A stretch of DNA of 64,000 nucleotides from Nostoc spongiaeforme FACHB-130 (GCF_014698475.1 NZ_JACJTB010000020.1:1-64000), one strand, 5' to 3'; shown: positions 31,501 through 42,031, counted from the stretch's first letter. The notes: generated by a model not told the origin, from the sequence alone. A program made the numbers and translations.

Positions 31501-31617
31501 AGACGATTTACCCGCACCATTAGAACCAGAAATACAAGCCGTATGCAAACCACGAAAATCTAAAGTAGCATCACGGTAACTAAGGAAGTTTTTGAGGATA
31601 AGTTGTACTGGAATCAT
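28591..31617 (-). CDS. sbcC: SbcC-family DNA repair ATPase (Rad50-like)
   Basis: 1008 aa. The N-terminus MIPVQLILKNFLSYRDATLDF...GSNGAGKSSLLEAI is canonical for SbcC, followed by a very long coiled coil with a CPLC zinc hook and a C-terminal ABC signature/Walker B. Confidence 0.9.
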   Translation of the reverse strand: MIPVQLILKNFLSYRDATLDFRGLHTACISGSNGAGKSSLLEAITWAIWGESRAAVEDDVIHAGAKEVRVDFTFHINQQLYRVIRTRIRGATSVLEFQIETPAGFRPLTGKGVRATQDLILEHIKLDYDTFINSAYLRQGRADEFMLKRPTERKEILAELLKLTQYDDLEERAKESSRQYKARVEELERSLEAIKVQLQQREFTEAQRVELEAELNQLQQVQAFENIQLQSLQVVQHQRQNWEQQLSFVRQQYQNLTQDCDRLHQEQSSVKTQLAELAAILNQEADIKNGYAHYQSLQSQEEAFAAKFEQHTRATALRQQKQQQLTQQIHEIERQLQQVQAQLEALAQQEQEIQHTLSKSGEVEAALGQLNAARRRVTQLDELQMQVSPLLQQRQSLQTYLDRIQASLVARLEQIQATENQLQRASQRHPELQQAVMAVAMQIEQMEKERVYLQRVQEKGQERRHFIERLQGQQREYERLLGELDQKLQMLRNPDAICPLCERPLDEHHWNRVADKTKSEYKETEEQLWVFREQLACTDREIQALRQEYRAISQKLSPYDSLREQRGQLAAQLESTSDAEEQLEQLAQERQHLERSLQVGDYAQDKQQELRKLDEYLQQLNYNEQDHALARSEVERWRWAEIKQGQIKDALKRQTQLAARKPELQATITQLQTRIQQEQIDSECAQQITALERQITEIGYSAEQHNNLRQAVRQSQGWQLRYQQLLSAQQQYPQLQGRLQELEAAKTTRLNERQQLASQIDEIVQQLAQSANPIEQIQALEQQLAIRRRQLDEQIAKLGRLEQLAHQLETLQVQYEEQQQQLQACKKQYRVYHELALAFGKNGIQALMIENVLPQLEAETNQLLARLSANQLHVQFVTQKAGRSSKSTKKNAKLIDTLDILIADAKGTRAYETYSGGEAFRINFAIRLAMAKLLAQRAGAALQLLIIDEGFGTQDAEGCDRLIAAINAIASDFACILTVTHMPHLKEAFQARIEVHKTQQGSQVRLSV

Positions 31618-32121
31618 TGAGGCAATAGCGCCACATCTAGGTTTTAATCAACAAGCAGTACAGATGCACTCTAGATAGTTTAGCTAGGTAGATATCAGTA
31701 TTCTAGTCCTTCAGTCAGTAATTTTACGAAAATTAACAATATGATGAGCAAGTTTTTCTGGCTGGGCAAATTAGGCGTTGCTGATTTCATGTATGAAAAT
31801 CATTTTGTTTTCTGATAAAACCCTTGTAGGGACGTTTCATGAAACGTCTCTACATTTAAATTCATACCTCGATTCAGCAACGCCGCAAATTATTTTGTTA
31901 ATAAACAGAAGTAAGCTTCAGAGACAATTTACTGTTCCCTCCCTACACAAATATGTTAGATAAGTTTGTACGTCAGTAGACTAGGAAATGCTATATAGCA
32001 ATCCTAAATCATTTGTGAAATTCTCTTTCTTCTTCTTCTTTGTGTCCTTTGCGTCCTTTGCGGTTCGTTAAAAAGAATATTTTTTCACAACTCAGACAGG
32101 ACTGCTATATATTTACTGAAC

Positions 32122-32781
32122 TTAACCCTTCAAATTTCGTAGTAGTAATTGACAACCGCATAAAAATGGATTGGGATTTTCGATGCGCTCATCTTGAAGC
32201 ACCTCAATCGGCAACTTGCTGTGATAAATTAACTGATCGTAATCCATCAACGCATTCCACTTAATCTTGCCTGTGGGAAAGCCTAATTCTAAAGCGGCAT
32301 CATAGATTAATTCTTGCCACTTCTCAATCTCTGGATCTCGTGATTTACAATAATCGAGAATGGCGATTAATGCACCAGGTTTTGTAACACGTAAAATCTC
32401 ACTCAAAGCGCGTACCGGATCAGCTACAACACACAGAGTAAAACCGGACGCAGCAGCATCAAAGCTATTATCGGCAAAATCCAAATTTAGCAAATCAGCA
32501 ACTTTAAAAGTGATATCTGCGGCGACAGTTTTTTTGCTGGCTTCATTCATCATTTTCTCAGATAAATCTACACCCACAACGCTTACACCTTGGGGATAAG
32601 CCGGAAGATTTAGTCCTGTGCCAACAGCAGCATCCAGCACAGTTTGTCCAGGTTGAAGTTGTAGGGAATCAATCAGTGGTTGACGATCAATGTGCCAGTA
32701 GCGCAGCATGATCTGTTCATAATCTACTGCACCATGATTGTAGGCATCAATTATTTTGACTACTTGCATAAACTTACTCAT
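32122..32781 (-). CDS. Class I SAM-dependent methyltransferase
   Basis: Carries the SAM-binding motif VLDAAVGTGLN. The likely start is the second Met (MSKFMQVV); the ORF extends to 32832. Confidence 0.75.
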   Translation of the reverse strand: MSKFMQVVKIIDAYNHGAVDYEQIMLRYWHIDRQPLIDSLQLQPGQTVLDAAVGTGLNLPAYPQGVSVVGVDLSEKMMNEASKKTVAADITFKVADLLNLDFADNSFDAAASGFTLCVVADPVRALSEILRVTKPGALIAILDYCKSRDPEIEKWQELIYDAALELGFPTGKIKWNALMDYDQLIYHSKLPIEVLQDERIENPNPFLCGCQLLLRNLKG

Positions 32782-33137
32782 TAATATATAAGTAAATACC
32801 TTGTTGTAACTATTTATGCAATACTTCGACAAGATATAATTATCAAATTTTGTATATTATATGCCCGTGTAAATACTTTTATTTTTAGATATAAAATGTA
32901 AAACAGAATCATAATGGAACAAATGTAGTAAATCTGCGTCAATTAGAAGTATCAAAATCTTAAGTGAGCAACATATTTCAAAAGTATAAATTTTGGTGGA
33001 ACCATAGCAAATACTCCTCGTCATCCAATCAGTATTACCTACGGAATATGCCGAGAGATAGTTCCACGATTAGTCAGAAACAATCTCAGTAACACCTCGT
33101 CATTACACAGGTCACACACATAAACGTAAATTTTGTT

Positions 33138-33845
33138 ATGACACACCTTTATCGCCTCAAATCTGGAACTGCTGCATTCATGGCAATGGCCTTAACTACA
33201 GCAGGTGCGATCGCTCCCATGATTGCATTAGCTCCCGCCCAAGCGCAATATAATCTTGGGCAATCACGCTCAACTACAATTCCTGCTAATGTAACTTTGC
33301 CTGTAACTTACGAAAAAGAAAAAATCGTTATCACCCCAGGCGAAAGTATGTCCCTCAAGCTGAGAATAGCTAACGACATCATCGATAGAAATAGAAATGT
33401 CTTAATCCCTGCTAGAACTGAAGTAGTTGGTAGATTAGAGCCTGTCGATTTATATGGCAGAAGTTCCTCCAGCAACAGAAATAGTGATAATAGCAAGGGT
33501 GTGAGATTTGTTGCTTCTGAACTCATCTTTCCTTCTGGTCGCAGATTACCAATTAATGCGAATTCTCGGACAATTACCGAAACCGAAAGAATTAGCAAAG
33601 GTGCTAACACTGGTCAAATTTTAACCGATGCAGCGATTGGTGCTGGTGCAGCCACTGTTATTTCATTGTTAACTGGTAACAGAAGAATTGAAGTGTTAGA
33701 ACCTGTGGCTGGTGGTGCGGTTGGCGCTGCTGCAAGTGTGCTGTTAAGGAAAAACCAAGCTGATGTGTTTGTTCTCAGACCAGAAGAAGATTTAGACATC
33801 ACACTGACCAGCAATTTAGTTATTTCCCGGAATAATACTTATTAA
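33138..33845 (+). CDS. Secreted protein with a C-terminal glycine-zipper-like domain; paralogous to the C-terminal half of the 35281 gene
   Basis: 235 aa with a signal peptide. The segment TETERISKGANTGQILTDAAIGAGAATVISLLTGNRRIEVLEPVAGGAVGAAASVLL aligns with TKTETVNKGTSTRAIITNTVLGAGAAAAVSAVTGDRAIATEEVLGGAAIGGLIGLFF of the SLH protein. Confidence 0.6.
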   Translation: MTHLYRLKSGTAAFMAMALTTAGAIAPMIALAPAQAQYNLGQSRSTTIPANVTLPVTYEKEKIVITPGESMSLKLRIANDIIDRNRNVLIPARTEVVGRLEPVDLYGRSSSSNRNSDNSKGVRFVASELIFPSGRRLPINANSRTITETERISKGANTGQILTDAAIGAGAATVISLLTGNRRIEVLEPVAGGAVGAAASVLLRKNQADVFVLRPEEDLDITLTSNLVISRNNTY

Positions 33846-34281
33846 CTAAAATTCAGTCGTGAATTTAATCATGCTATCAGCGATCGCCCAGACATTGACA
33901 CAGGCGATCGCTTCATTTTTATAGATAAAAAAATTAATATTTCTGAAACCTTTTTATTCCTATACCGTCTTACTTGATATTCAGGTCACATGCTGAATAT
34001 TTGCTGGTTAATAACTTCTAAGATTCGCTTCACTTATTCTTTAGAAGAAATTTAGTGGATGTACGGTATCAGTTTTTAGTAAAAAAAACCAAGATTAAAT
34101 TATTAAGCACCCAAACAAATTTGCATCTTCCGTCCTACTGTAACAAATAAAATTCACTGACAGGAATTAAACAGTCATCTTTCTATTTCCTGCATAGGTG
34201 CAATCATCAAACCAGGCGATTATAGATGGTTTGAAATCAATCATCATTGCTAATTTACACCCATTCTTCAAGGTTTTTACT

Positions 34282-34968
34282 ATGCTAAAAAATTTATCTC
34301 TTGCTTTACTAGGAACAACTGTGATTGTAGCGAGTGCTAACCCAGCTAGTGCCGTAACTATGGTTGTCAGTGGCGGTATGTTCTCTAGCTACTCTGATGC
34401 TAAAACTGTCACCTTTGATGATGGGACAGCAAATGATCCAAATGGATTTGCTACTTACTCTAATGTGACTACTAACATTGTTCAAGGTAGTGTTAGTGGT
34501 CAATATGCTTCACCCTATCAAGATACCACCAAGTTCTTGACAATTGCGCCATCAGGTAGTGGTGTTGCAGGTGATAGTGGTTTTGTAAGTATTGCTTTCA
34601 AAGAAGCTGTTGATTACTTCGGTTTTTATGCAGGTTCCTTGGATAGTTACAACTATATTGACATCTATAGCGGTGATCAGTTGTTAAAGAGTTTTAGTGG
34701 CTCAGATGTGCCAGGTGCTGTAGCTGATGGTAGTTGGACTAGCGGTCAAGCTAATCTATTTGTCAATCTTGTAGGTGATGCAGGGGAAAAATTTGATCGA
34801 GTTGTGATGCGCTCAAATGGTATTGCCTTTGAAACAGATAACCACGCCTATAGATTAGCGAAGAGTGTTCCAGAACCCAGTGCAATGTTAGGTGTATTGG
34901 CAATCGGAGCTTTTGGAACTACTTCACTCTTAAAACGTCAACAAAAGAAAGTAGCTGTGCAAGGATAA
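34282..34968 (+). CDS. PEP-CTERM sorting-domain secreted protein
   Basis: Signal peptide (MLKNLSLALLGTTVIVASANPASA) and a C-terminal VPEPSAMLGVLAIGAFG...KRQQKK PEP-CTERM anchor. The ORF extends upstream to 34198. Confidence 0.8.
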   Translation: MLKNLSLALLGTTVIVASANPASAVTMVVSGGMFSSYSDAKTVTFDDGTANDPNGFATYSNVTTNIVQGSVSGQYASPYQDTTKFLTIAPSGSGVAGDSGFVSIAFKEAVDYFGFYAGSLDSYNYIDIYSGDQLLKSFSGSDVPGAVADGSWTSGQANLFVNLVGDAGEKFDRVVMRSNGIAFETDNHAYRLAKSVPEPSAMLGVLAIGAFGTTSLLKRQQKKVAVQG

Positions 34969-35280
34969 ATTTTCTTTCCAGCTTAATTTGATAACTGCTA
35001 TGTGAACAAACTCGCATAGCAGTTTTTTCATGGTGATTTTATGTTGCTATGAGATTATCCACAATGAGAAATAGTTATTAATGAATTATCAATTAATTTT
35101 TAATATGTCATAGGAAATAAGTCATACATCAGAGATAGACACACATGACTTATTACCTATTCATATCTGTAATTTAAATCTAAAAATATTTTCAAAAAAT
35201 ATCAAATGCCAGAAACTTTTTATATCCATTTTTGTCTAAGTAATTAACAGAAACAAAATAAATGTAAAGAGGTAAAATTA

Positions 35281-36522
35281 ATGTTTACTTTAAATCGTTG
35301 GCAATCTAAAACTGCTGCAATTATGGCTTTGACCATCACTGCTGGCGCTGTCGCACCTTTTATCACTGCCACACCTTCTTTAGCTCAAACTACTTTTACA
35401 GATGTTTCTTCTAATTATTGGGCAGCACAATTTATTCAAGAATTGTCTCAACGGGGTGTAATTGCTGGTTTTCCTGATGGTAGTTTTCGCCCAGAAGAGG
35501 CAGTCACCCGCGCTCAATTTGCTGCAATGGTCAATAAGGCTTTTGCAAAAGCACCACAACGGCAAGCAATCAACTTTGTGGATGTACCCAGCAATTTCTG
35601 GGCATCTAGCGCCATTCAGCAAGCTTATACCATCGGTTTTCTGTCTGGATATCCTGGAAATCGTTTTGAGCCGAACCAAGCGATTCCTCGTCAACAGGTG
35701 TTAGTTTCCCTGGCTAATGGTTTGCAATATAACCCTAGTGGTAATGTGGAAAGCACTCTGCAATACTTCAACGATGCTTCAGGAATTGCTAGTTATGCCC
35801 GTAGTCCGATTGCGGCAGCGACAGAACAGCAAATTGTGGTGAACTATCCTAATGTTAAATTCCTCAGCCCGAATGCCACTGCAACACGCGCCCAGGTAGC
35901 TGCTTTTATTTACCAAGCTTTAGTAAGTTCTAATCAAGCTTCGGCAATTAACTCACCTTATATAGTTGCGTCCCAACCCACAACACCAACACCCGTCTCA
36001 ATTACAATTCCCCAAGGAACTGTTATCCCCGTGAAGTATGACCAAGCGAAAAAAATCTTGGTAACTAAAGATGAGACTGCACCTTTAACACTGACTGTTG
36101 ACCAAAACGTAGTTACCCAAGATGGTACAGTGGTCATTCCGGCTGGTAGTCAAGTTGTTGGTCAACTCAAACCAGCCAAAGGCGGTTCGCAATTCGTAGG
36201 ACAGAAACTAGTATTAACCACAGGTCAGGAGTATCAAATTGCTGCTACTTCTGATGTGATTACCAAAACCGAAACCGTCAACAAAGGTACTAGTACAAGA
36301 GCCATTATTACCAATACAGTATTAGGTGCTGGGGCTGCGGCTGCGGTATCTGCGGTGACAGGCGATCGCGCGATCGCTACAGAAGAAGTTCTCGGTGGTG
36401 CGGCTATCGGTGGTTTAATTGGCTTGTTCTTCGGTCGCAACAGCGTTGATTTAATCGCCATTAACCCCAATACCGATTTAGAAATGACCGTTAATCAAAA
36501 TCTGTTGGTGTCAGTGAGATAG
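35281..36522 (+). CDS. S-layer homology (SLH) domain protein with a C-terminal glycine-zipper-like domain
   Basis: 413 aa with a signal peptide and three SLH-like repeats (FTDVSSNYWAAQFIQELSQRGVIAGFPDGSFRPEEAVTRAQFAAMV...). Its C-terminal domain is paralogous to that of the 33138 gene. Confidence 0.8.
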   Translation: MFTLNRWQSKTAAIMALTITAGAVAPFITATPSLAQTTFTDVSSNYWAAQFIQELSQRGVIAGFPDGSFRPEEAVTRAQFAAMVNKAFAKAPQRQAINFVDVPSNFWASSAIQQAYTIGFLSGYPGNRFEPNQAIPRQQVLVSLANGLQYNPSGNVESTLQYFNDASGIASYARSPIAAATEQQIVVNYPNVKFLSPNATATRAQVAAFIYQALVSSNQASAINSPYIVASQPTTPTPVSITIPQGTVIPVKYDQAKKILVTKDETAPLTLTVDQNVVTQDGTVVIPAGSQVVGQLKPAKGGSQFVGQKLVLTTGQEYQIAATSDVITKTETVNKGTSTRAIITNTVLGAGAAAAVSAVTGDRAIATEEVLGGAAIGGLIGLFFGRNSVDLIAINPNTDLEMTVNQNLLVSVR

Positions 36523-36698
36523 GGGCTAGGGACTAGTACAACAAGGCAAAAGTAAAAAGGCAAAAGGAAAAAGAAAGAATAACGATACCACAAGCCTTGT
36601 AGCAATTTCTTATGGTCTGTTTATTTACGCCGACCTGTACTAGTGTAGAGTTTAGTCAAAGTATGAAGGAGAAAATTTCCCATTTCATACTTCAGACT

Positions 36699-38042
36699 TC
36701 ACACTTCATACTTCATTTGACTAATTGGCAACCAAATAATAAACGTAGTGCCTGGTGCATCGGATGATGCGATCGCGGTTGTAATTGCAGGGCTGAAAAC
36801 TTCGATTTCACCCTGCATTTGCTCAATTAATTGTTTTGCGATCGCTAGTCCCAAGCCTGTACCGGGAATTTCGGTTTGGGCTTGTACACCCCGGTAATGT
36901 CTTTCACCCAAATGTGCTATGTCTTCTTGGGGGATTCCTGGCCCAGTATCACTAATAGCAACACCCAAAAAGTTAACTCTTTGTTGACCAACTTGGATAA
37001 AAATTTTGCCGCCTTTGGGTGTGTATTTCAAAGCATTATCAATAATATTATTCAAGACCTCTTGTAAGGCTTTAATATTGACCCGCACTAAAGGTAAGTT
37101 TCTGGGAATTTCGGTTTTTATTTTCAGGTGTCGTTCTTGGGCGATCGCTTTTGCTGATAGTAATAATGGTGCCAATAAATCAGCTAAAGAACAATCCGTT
37201 GCTTGTTCTCCTGTACCTGGCAATAATAAAATTGGTTTAGGTTCTGCTTGGACAGTTGCCTCTACAAACACTTCACTTTCTGGTAATGCCCGTGGTGCTA
37301 CATCCAATTCTGACCAATCAATAACTTGCTCAAATTGTTGCAATAATTCTTTGAGGCGATCGCTTTCTCGGACAATACTCGCCCCTACTTCTCGGTTTGG
37401 GTCGCCTGGGCGCAGTCTTTTAAATAGCAATTTGCCAAAAGTCCGCAATGCTGTCAAGGGATTGCGAAATTGATGCAGCAAATTATCTAATAAATCTCGT
37501 TGCTGTTCTTGCAGCAGTTGTTGTTGATGTAGCTGTTGTTGTAACCAAGCGCGACGCTGATCTAAAACACAAGCGATCGCCAAAGTTTGAACTATCTTTT
37601 GAATTGTATTTTGTTCTTGTTGATTCCAAGCCCGGTCTTCTCTGCATGTCACCAATAATCCCATCATCACACCTTCATGAACTAAAGGCATCACAATCTG
37701 GTGTCCACTCAGCAAATACTCTTGTTGGAAATTAGGTTGTTCTGTATCAGTCGGAGATTCCGTAGCTGCGGTTAGTAACCTTTTTTGCTGTTGCGGTAAT
37801 AGCAAAATATTACTAATTTGCAACTGTTTGCGGGCTTTTACTTCCGTATTTTCTTCTCCAGGTGGTAATCCTGCGGTTTCTGGATAAACAACCACAGGAA
37901 TAAGTTTCGCCTCAGTTGTTGGCGCTTCTACCAATTCTTGTGTTAAATACACCACACTTAAAGAAGCTCCTAAACCTTGGGCTAATAATGTTATTTGTTC
38001 TCGGCATAAAGCCACAAAATCTGAACTAGCAGACATTAACAT
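36699..38042 (-). CDS. Sensor histidine kinase (GAF-like N-terminus, HisKA, HATPase_c)
   Basis: 447 aa with the H-box region LLHQFRNPLTALRTFGKLL and the G-boxes ISDTGPGIP and GTGLGLAI. Confidence 0.85.
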   Translation of the reverse strand: MLMSASSDFVALCREQITLLAQGLGASLSVVYLTQELVEAPTTEAKLIPVVVYPETAGLPPGEENTEVKARKQLQISNILLLPQQQKRLLTAATESPTDTEQPNFQQEYLLSGHQIVMPLVHEGVMMGLLVTCREDRAWNQQEQNTIQKIVQTLAIACVLDQRRAWLQQQLHQQQLLQEQQRDLLDNLLHQFRNPLTALRTFGKLLFKRLRPGDPNREVGASIVRESDRLKELLQQFEQVIDWSELDVAPRALPESEVFVEATVQAEPKPILLLPGTGEQATDCSLADLLAPLLLSAKAIAQERHLKIKTEIPRNLPLVRVNIKALQEVLNNIIDNALKYTPKGGKIFIQVGQQRVNFLGVAISDTGPGIPQEDIAHLGERHYRGVQAQTEIPGTGLGLAIAKQLIEQMQGEIEVFSPAITTAIASSDAPGTTFIIWLPISQMKYEV

Positions 38043-38507
38043 TTTTCATTTATTGCTCAGTATCACAGGCTTTGAAGAAATTTTCGACAACAAAGAACTC
38101 AGAACTCAGGAGTCAGAATACAGAATTTACACTGAGTGTAACTGACAGGTGAATGACAGTGAAACTCCACATAAAATCTAAGATTTGCTGGTTTACCCTT
38201 CAGGCAGGCTACATCTAGAATTAGTGGCAGGTCTGGTTCACTCATAGTTAATTCTGACTAGTGAATACTGGCTCCTGAATTCTTCTTTAAGAATCAGCTT
38301 GATTCTAACTCTCTTTTGATCAAGCTTAACGAAAGCTTCTCAAATGATGGTAGAAATAAAGAAATTGTGTACTTTACTAGTTTTGTGATTTATTTGCCTT
38401 CAAGAAAATTATTTTCGTTGTATCAAAAGTTTATAAACTCTTGATTTTTTGAACTAGAACTTTTATAATTACGACGGATTTTGTAGCTATCACTACAATC
38501 TAATAGC

Positions 38508-38846
38508 TTGAAAGAGGAGGAAAATAGGTTGGCAAGGAGACGGAAACGGAAGAGTCGTCGTCGCCAGGAAGGACGGCGGATTTTAGAGCATGTGCCTCAA
38601 TATAGCATCGAAAGCGGCGAAGAAAAACCTGTGACAGCAGCAAGAAAATTCATTCAGGCTGAAGGGATCTTGCCACCCGCTCTGCTACTCGTAAAGCGCA
38701 ATGAACACACAACAGACCGATATTTCTGGGCAGAAAAAGGCCTGTTTGGTGCCCAATACGTAGAAGAAAACCATTTCTTGTTTCCCAGCCTACGGACGTT
38801 AGAAGCTCCGGCTGGTTCAGAACCTGTGGCAGTAGCTGCACGTTAA
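38508..38846 (+). CDS. Hypothetical protein with an Arg/Lys-rich N-terminus; coding status uncertain
   Basis: 112-aa ORF in a long, otherwise non-coding stretch. No family recognised. Confidence 0.25.
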   Translation: MKEEENRLARRRKRKSRRRQEGRRILEHVPQYSIESGEEKPVTAARKFIQAEGILPPALLLVKRNEHTTDRYFWAEKGLFGAQYVEENHFLFPSLRTLEAPAGSEPVAVAAR

Positions 38847-39247
38847 ACTTGAATTGGTACTTTTACGTTGTTGAATGTGTTCTGAATATTCATTTAACTG
38901 GCAAAGTTGCTCAGTTTATGCAAAATTTTCAATTTTTTTTAAATTTGGCACTGATTTGCCAGTGGAGGGTAGTCCAGGCAGTTGGACAAACAACTTTATT
39001 CAAGCCAATTTGGTTTGTGTAAGTTGAATTATCAACTAAATACACATCAGGGAGTGAGAAAGAGTGATACAGAGCATCTAAAAGCGAGAGTAAAGTTTTA
39101 CTTTGCTTTTGAGAGCTACGTTACAAGATACGTTTTTCTCTAAGACGTTTGGTTACAGAGAGAATTTACATCCCAACAATCCTCTTTCCTACTCCCTATT
39201 GTTTATTTCCTCTCGCTCATCACTAGAGGAAACTTAAAAAACAAAGT

Positions 39248-39781
39248 TTAATCACTCAGCTTTAAGTCGAGTGCCTTCTGTAACTCAATCAGTTCATCTC
39301 GATGGGCAGTTACAGTAATCTTCCCTAGAGAGTTTGGTTCATCTTGATTAGCTTTTTGCAGATGAAGCAAGACTTTCTCGGTTCTTCCTGCTTTTTTCCA
39401 ATAAAATAGACCGCTCAAAGGTGCTAACAGAATTATTCCCAGAAAAAAACTGCTGATGTTGGGCAGAAGCAGTGACAAAACAAAAGATAAACAAATTAAA
39501 CCTACAGTTGCAAGTAGGGTTAAAAAAATTGCTAAAAATAAGCTGGGTTGGACAAAACCCTCAAACGTGACTTGATTTTGATCACGGTCTACCTCTGCCA
39601 CTCGGTAAGACCGTGAACGAAAATAATCCTGTAGTTGAGGCATTAATACAGCTTCTTCCTGCTCAGATATTAGTTGAGCCGTTTCTGTGCGGTCTTTGGT
39701 AGCAGCACGAATAAAGAAAAACAACCCAACTAATAACAATAAGGTGAGCAGAAACGTAGATGGCAGAATAGCAGTATCCAT
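39248..39781 (-). CDS. Conserved cyanobacterial membrane protein (two TM regions flanking a soluble loop; possibly DUF3529/CCB-like)
   Basis: 177 aa whose hydrophobicity pattern fits TM – loop – TM. Confidence 0.45.
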   Translation of the reverse strand: MDTAILPSTFLLTLLLLVGLFFFIRAATKDRTETAQLISEQEEAVLMPQLQDYFRSRSYRVAEVDRDQNQVTFEGFVQPSLFLAIFLTLLATVGLICLSFVLSLLLPNISSFFLGIILLAPLSGLFYWKKAGRTEKVLLHLQKANQDEPNSLGKITVTAHRDELIELQKALDLKLSD

Positions 39782-39833
39782 AACTGATTGTTACTGTTTA
39801 ACAGGAGGAGATTTATTCATTATTAATTATTAG

Positions 39834-40226
39834 TTAATTTGTCCTCCCGTTGATGTACTCTTGCCAAAGACGTGTTAAATCCTGCGCTTGAACTTGCCAT
39901 TCTAGAGAAACTTGGTACATCCGCCTAGGTCTTCCTCGTCCTTCGAGTTTCTTCCAATACCCATTAATTGCCCTTTCGTCTTCTAGAAATTTGATCGCAC
40001 TATAAAGCACGGTATCTGAAAGCCGATAGGTTGGATATTCAGTTTCTAAACGTTGAATTAACTCGGTGCCGTAGGATTCACCTTGCAGTAAGACAGACAG
40101 TATGTAACAAATTGCTAGTTCCTGACAGAGGTAAGTTGGCGGAGGATTTTCAAAGAATTGATATATATCCTCAAGTTTCATGGTTGGTGAATGGCTAAAA
40201 AAATGCCCTAGTGTGGGGTTTATCAT
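39834..40226 (-). CDS. PadR-family transcriptional regulator
   Basis: Winged-helix PadR pattern (YGTELIQRLE...YRLSDTVLYSAIKFLEDERAINGYWKK..GRGRPRRMYQVS). Confidence 0.75.
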   Translation of the reverse strand: MINPTLGHFFSHSPTMKLEDIYQFFENPPPTYLCQELAICYILSVLLQGESYGTELIQRLETEYPTYRLSDTVLYSAIKFLEDERAINGYWKKLEGRGRPRRMYQVSLEWQVQAQDLTRLWQEYINGRTN

Positions 40227-40751
40227 CCTTGTGTTTCGTATGTAGTACTAATAAAAGTAATTATTCATACAAAAACACTAAGTATGATTGTCAAAGCGTC
40301 AACGTAAAAAAAGTAAAACAAATACGCCCCACGCAGATAAAGTCATGGGATACAAGCGAAACTCTAAGGAGCGTAAGAATTACGCTCCTATTTAAGCTCT
40401 AGGCAGTGTGGTGAGGAGCAAGAAAGACAGAGGCATAGCCACTGTAATTGGTGTCAAATGATGCCGAGCCGATTAGAACTGCATAAGCATAAAATGCCAT
40501 CGAAGAAATTTTACAAGTAAAATGCCATTTTGTCTGTAAATTTTCTTTCATGACGAAGTTCTACTTGAGCTACTAATAGGTCATCTGGTAAGTGTGATAG
40601 TAATAGGACTTACGCACTAAGATGATCTGTGAAGAATGGGTGAAGGGATGTAAGGGTTTTGGATACATACACCCTGATAACTCTACACCCCAGACTCGCC
40701 CAAACCCTTGATTTTTGGTCTCACTGCGTAAATCCTAAGCAAATCTAGCAA

Positions 40752-41333
40752 GTGCTAAGTATATTGATTAGTATGTCGCAAAATTCCGATGCCCTGCGAG
40801 CGATCGCTCAAACATTCCGTCTCATTGGTTGGATTAGTTTTTGGATTCAACTGGTACTAGGGGTGGTTTCCAGCATCATTGTGTTATTGTTTGCTATTTT
40901 CTCCCAAAGAGCCGGTAGCCCTAGTAATAATCCAGGGACTGGATTTGGAGTGTTTTTGGCGGTGTGTGGATTAATTGTTTTAGGTGCGGGTATTTATATC
41001 GCTTTTCGCTACACCAGAATTGGGAGACAACTGGAATCTTCAAATCCCAGTAACCGCCCACGCAAAAGCGAAACTGTACAAGTATTACGCTTAGGCTTGT
41101 GGATAAATTTGATTGGTACTTTGGTCACACTTTTAGGGGCGCAGGCGATTGTTGGGACTTTGGTAGCTAGATCAATATCTCCCCAAGCCATCACCACACA
41201 ATTTTTTGATCCAACGCGGATTATTAGCGGTTTGGATATGTTGGTAGTTCAGGCAAACACTAACACCGTTTCCGCCCACTTTGCTGGATTAGTGGCATCG
41301 CTTTGGCTTATCAACCGCATCAACCGCCCATAA
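40752..41333 (+). CDS. DUF3611-like integral membrane protein
   Basis: 193 aa with four predicted TM helices. No catalytic motifs. Confidence 0.5.
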   Translation: MLSILISMSQNSDALRAIAQTFRLIGWISFWIQLVLGVVSSIIVLLFAIFSQRAGSPSNNPGTGFGVFLAVCGLIVLGAGIYIAFRYTRIGRQLESSNPSNRPRKSETVQVLRLGLWINLIGTLVTLLGAQAIVGTLVARSISPQAITTQFFDPTRIISGLDMLVVQANTNTVSAHFAGLVASLWLINRINRP

Positions 41334-41507
41334 TCTGATTTTCTTGGCTGATTTCAGATTTTCCTGTCAGTAAGCAAAATTTTACGTTTAACTTTTCCGA
41401 AACCAACTTACACAAGCTTGTAACTTAGCATATAGCTGTAAAAAAACTTACTACTCATCAGTAGTATTAAAGCTTACTCAGGATGAAATTTATCTTTTGA
41501 GGATATT

Positions 41508-41855
41508 ATGACAAATTCATTTGACCCCAGAAGAAATCAACCAAGACAAAACTTTGATCAGAATGCTTGGAGATTTGGTGTACAAGTTGCTTTTAGTAGT
41601 GTGGTGTTGGGATTGTGTATTTTTCAGTTGGTGTCAAAACCAAGTAATGATCAGAATACAGCACTCTACTGGGGTGGGGTGACGAGTGTATTAGCATACT
41701 GGTTGCCTTCCCCTGGGCAGAATAAAGATGATAGAGAGCAGATGACAATTAATACTAGAACATTTACAGCTACTGACAGTAACGGCCAAGCTGGTAACGA
41801 TACTGTTTTGGCTCAAACTAATTCCACAACTATAACTACAGACTCTAAAAATTGA
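41508..41855 (+). CDS. Small hypothetical membrane protein
   Basis: 115-aa ORF with one TM segment. Confidence 0.35.
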   Translation: MTNSFDPRRNQPRQNFDQNAWRFGVQVAFSSVVLGLCIFQLVSKPSNDQNTALYWGGVTSVLAYWLPSPGQNKDDREQMTINTRTFTATDSNGQAGNDTVLAQTNSTTITTDSKN

Positions 41856-42031
41856 TATAGCAGTCCTAGTTGATATGTGAATAACAAAGACAAGGAAGAC
41901 AGGGTAGACAAGGGAGAAATATGTTAATAAATCATTTAGGATTGCTATATAGCAGGTGATAGGTTACAAGTTACAGTTTTACCGATCAGTTTTTGGGATT
42001 TAAATTCATAGAGAATTTTGTTTATCTCAAT

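Noticed and set aside
28591-31617. Missing sbcD next to sbcC as evidence of a novel Rad50-like system
   Set aside because: Stand-alone sbcC separated from sbcD is common in cyanobacterial genomes. The gene has all canonical SbcC features.
38508-38846. 112-aa ORF as a confident gene
   Set aside because: It has no recognisable family, an atypical Arg/Lys-rich start, and no clear ribosome-binding context. It is kept only as a low-confidence feature.
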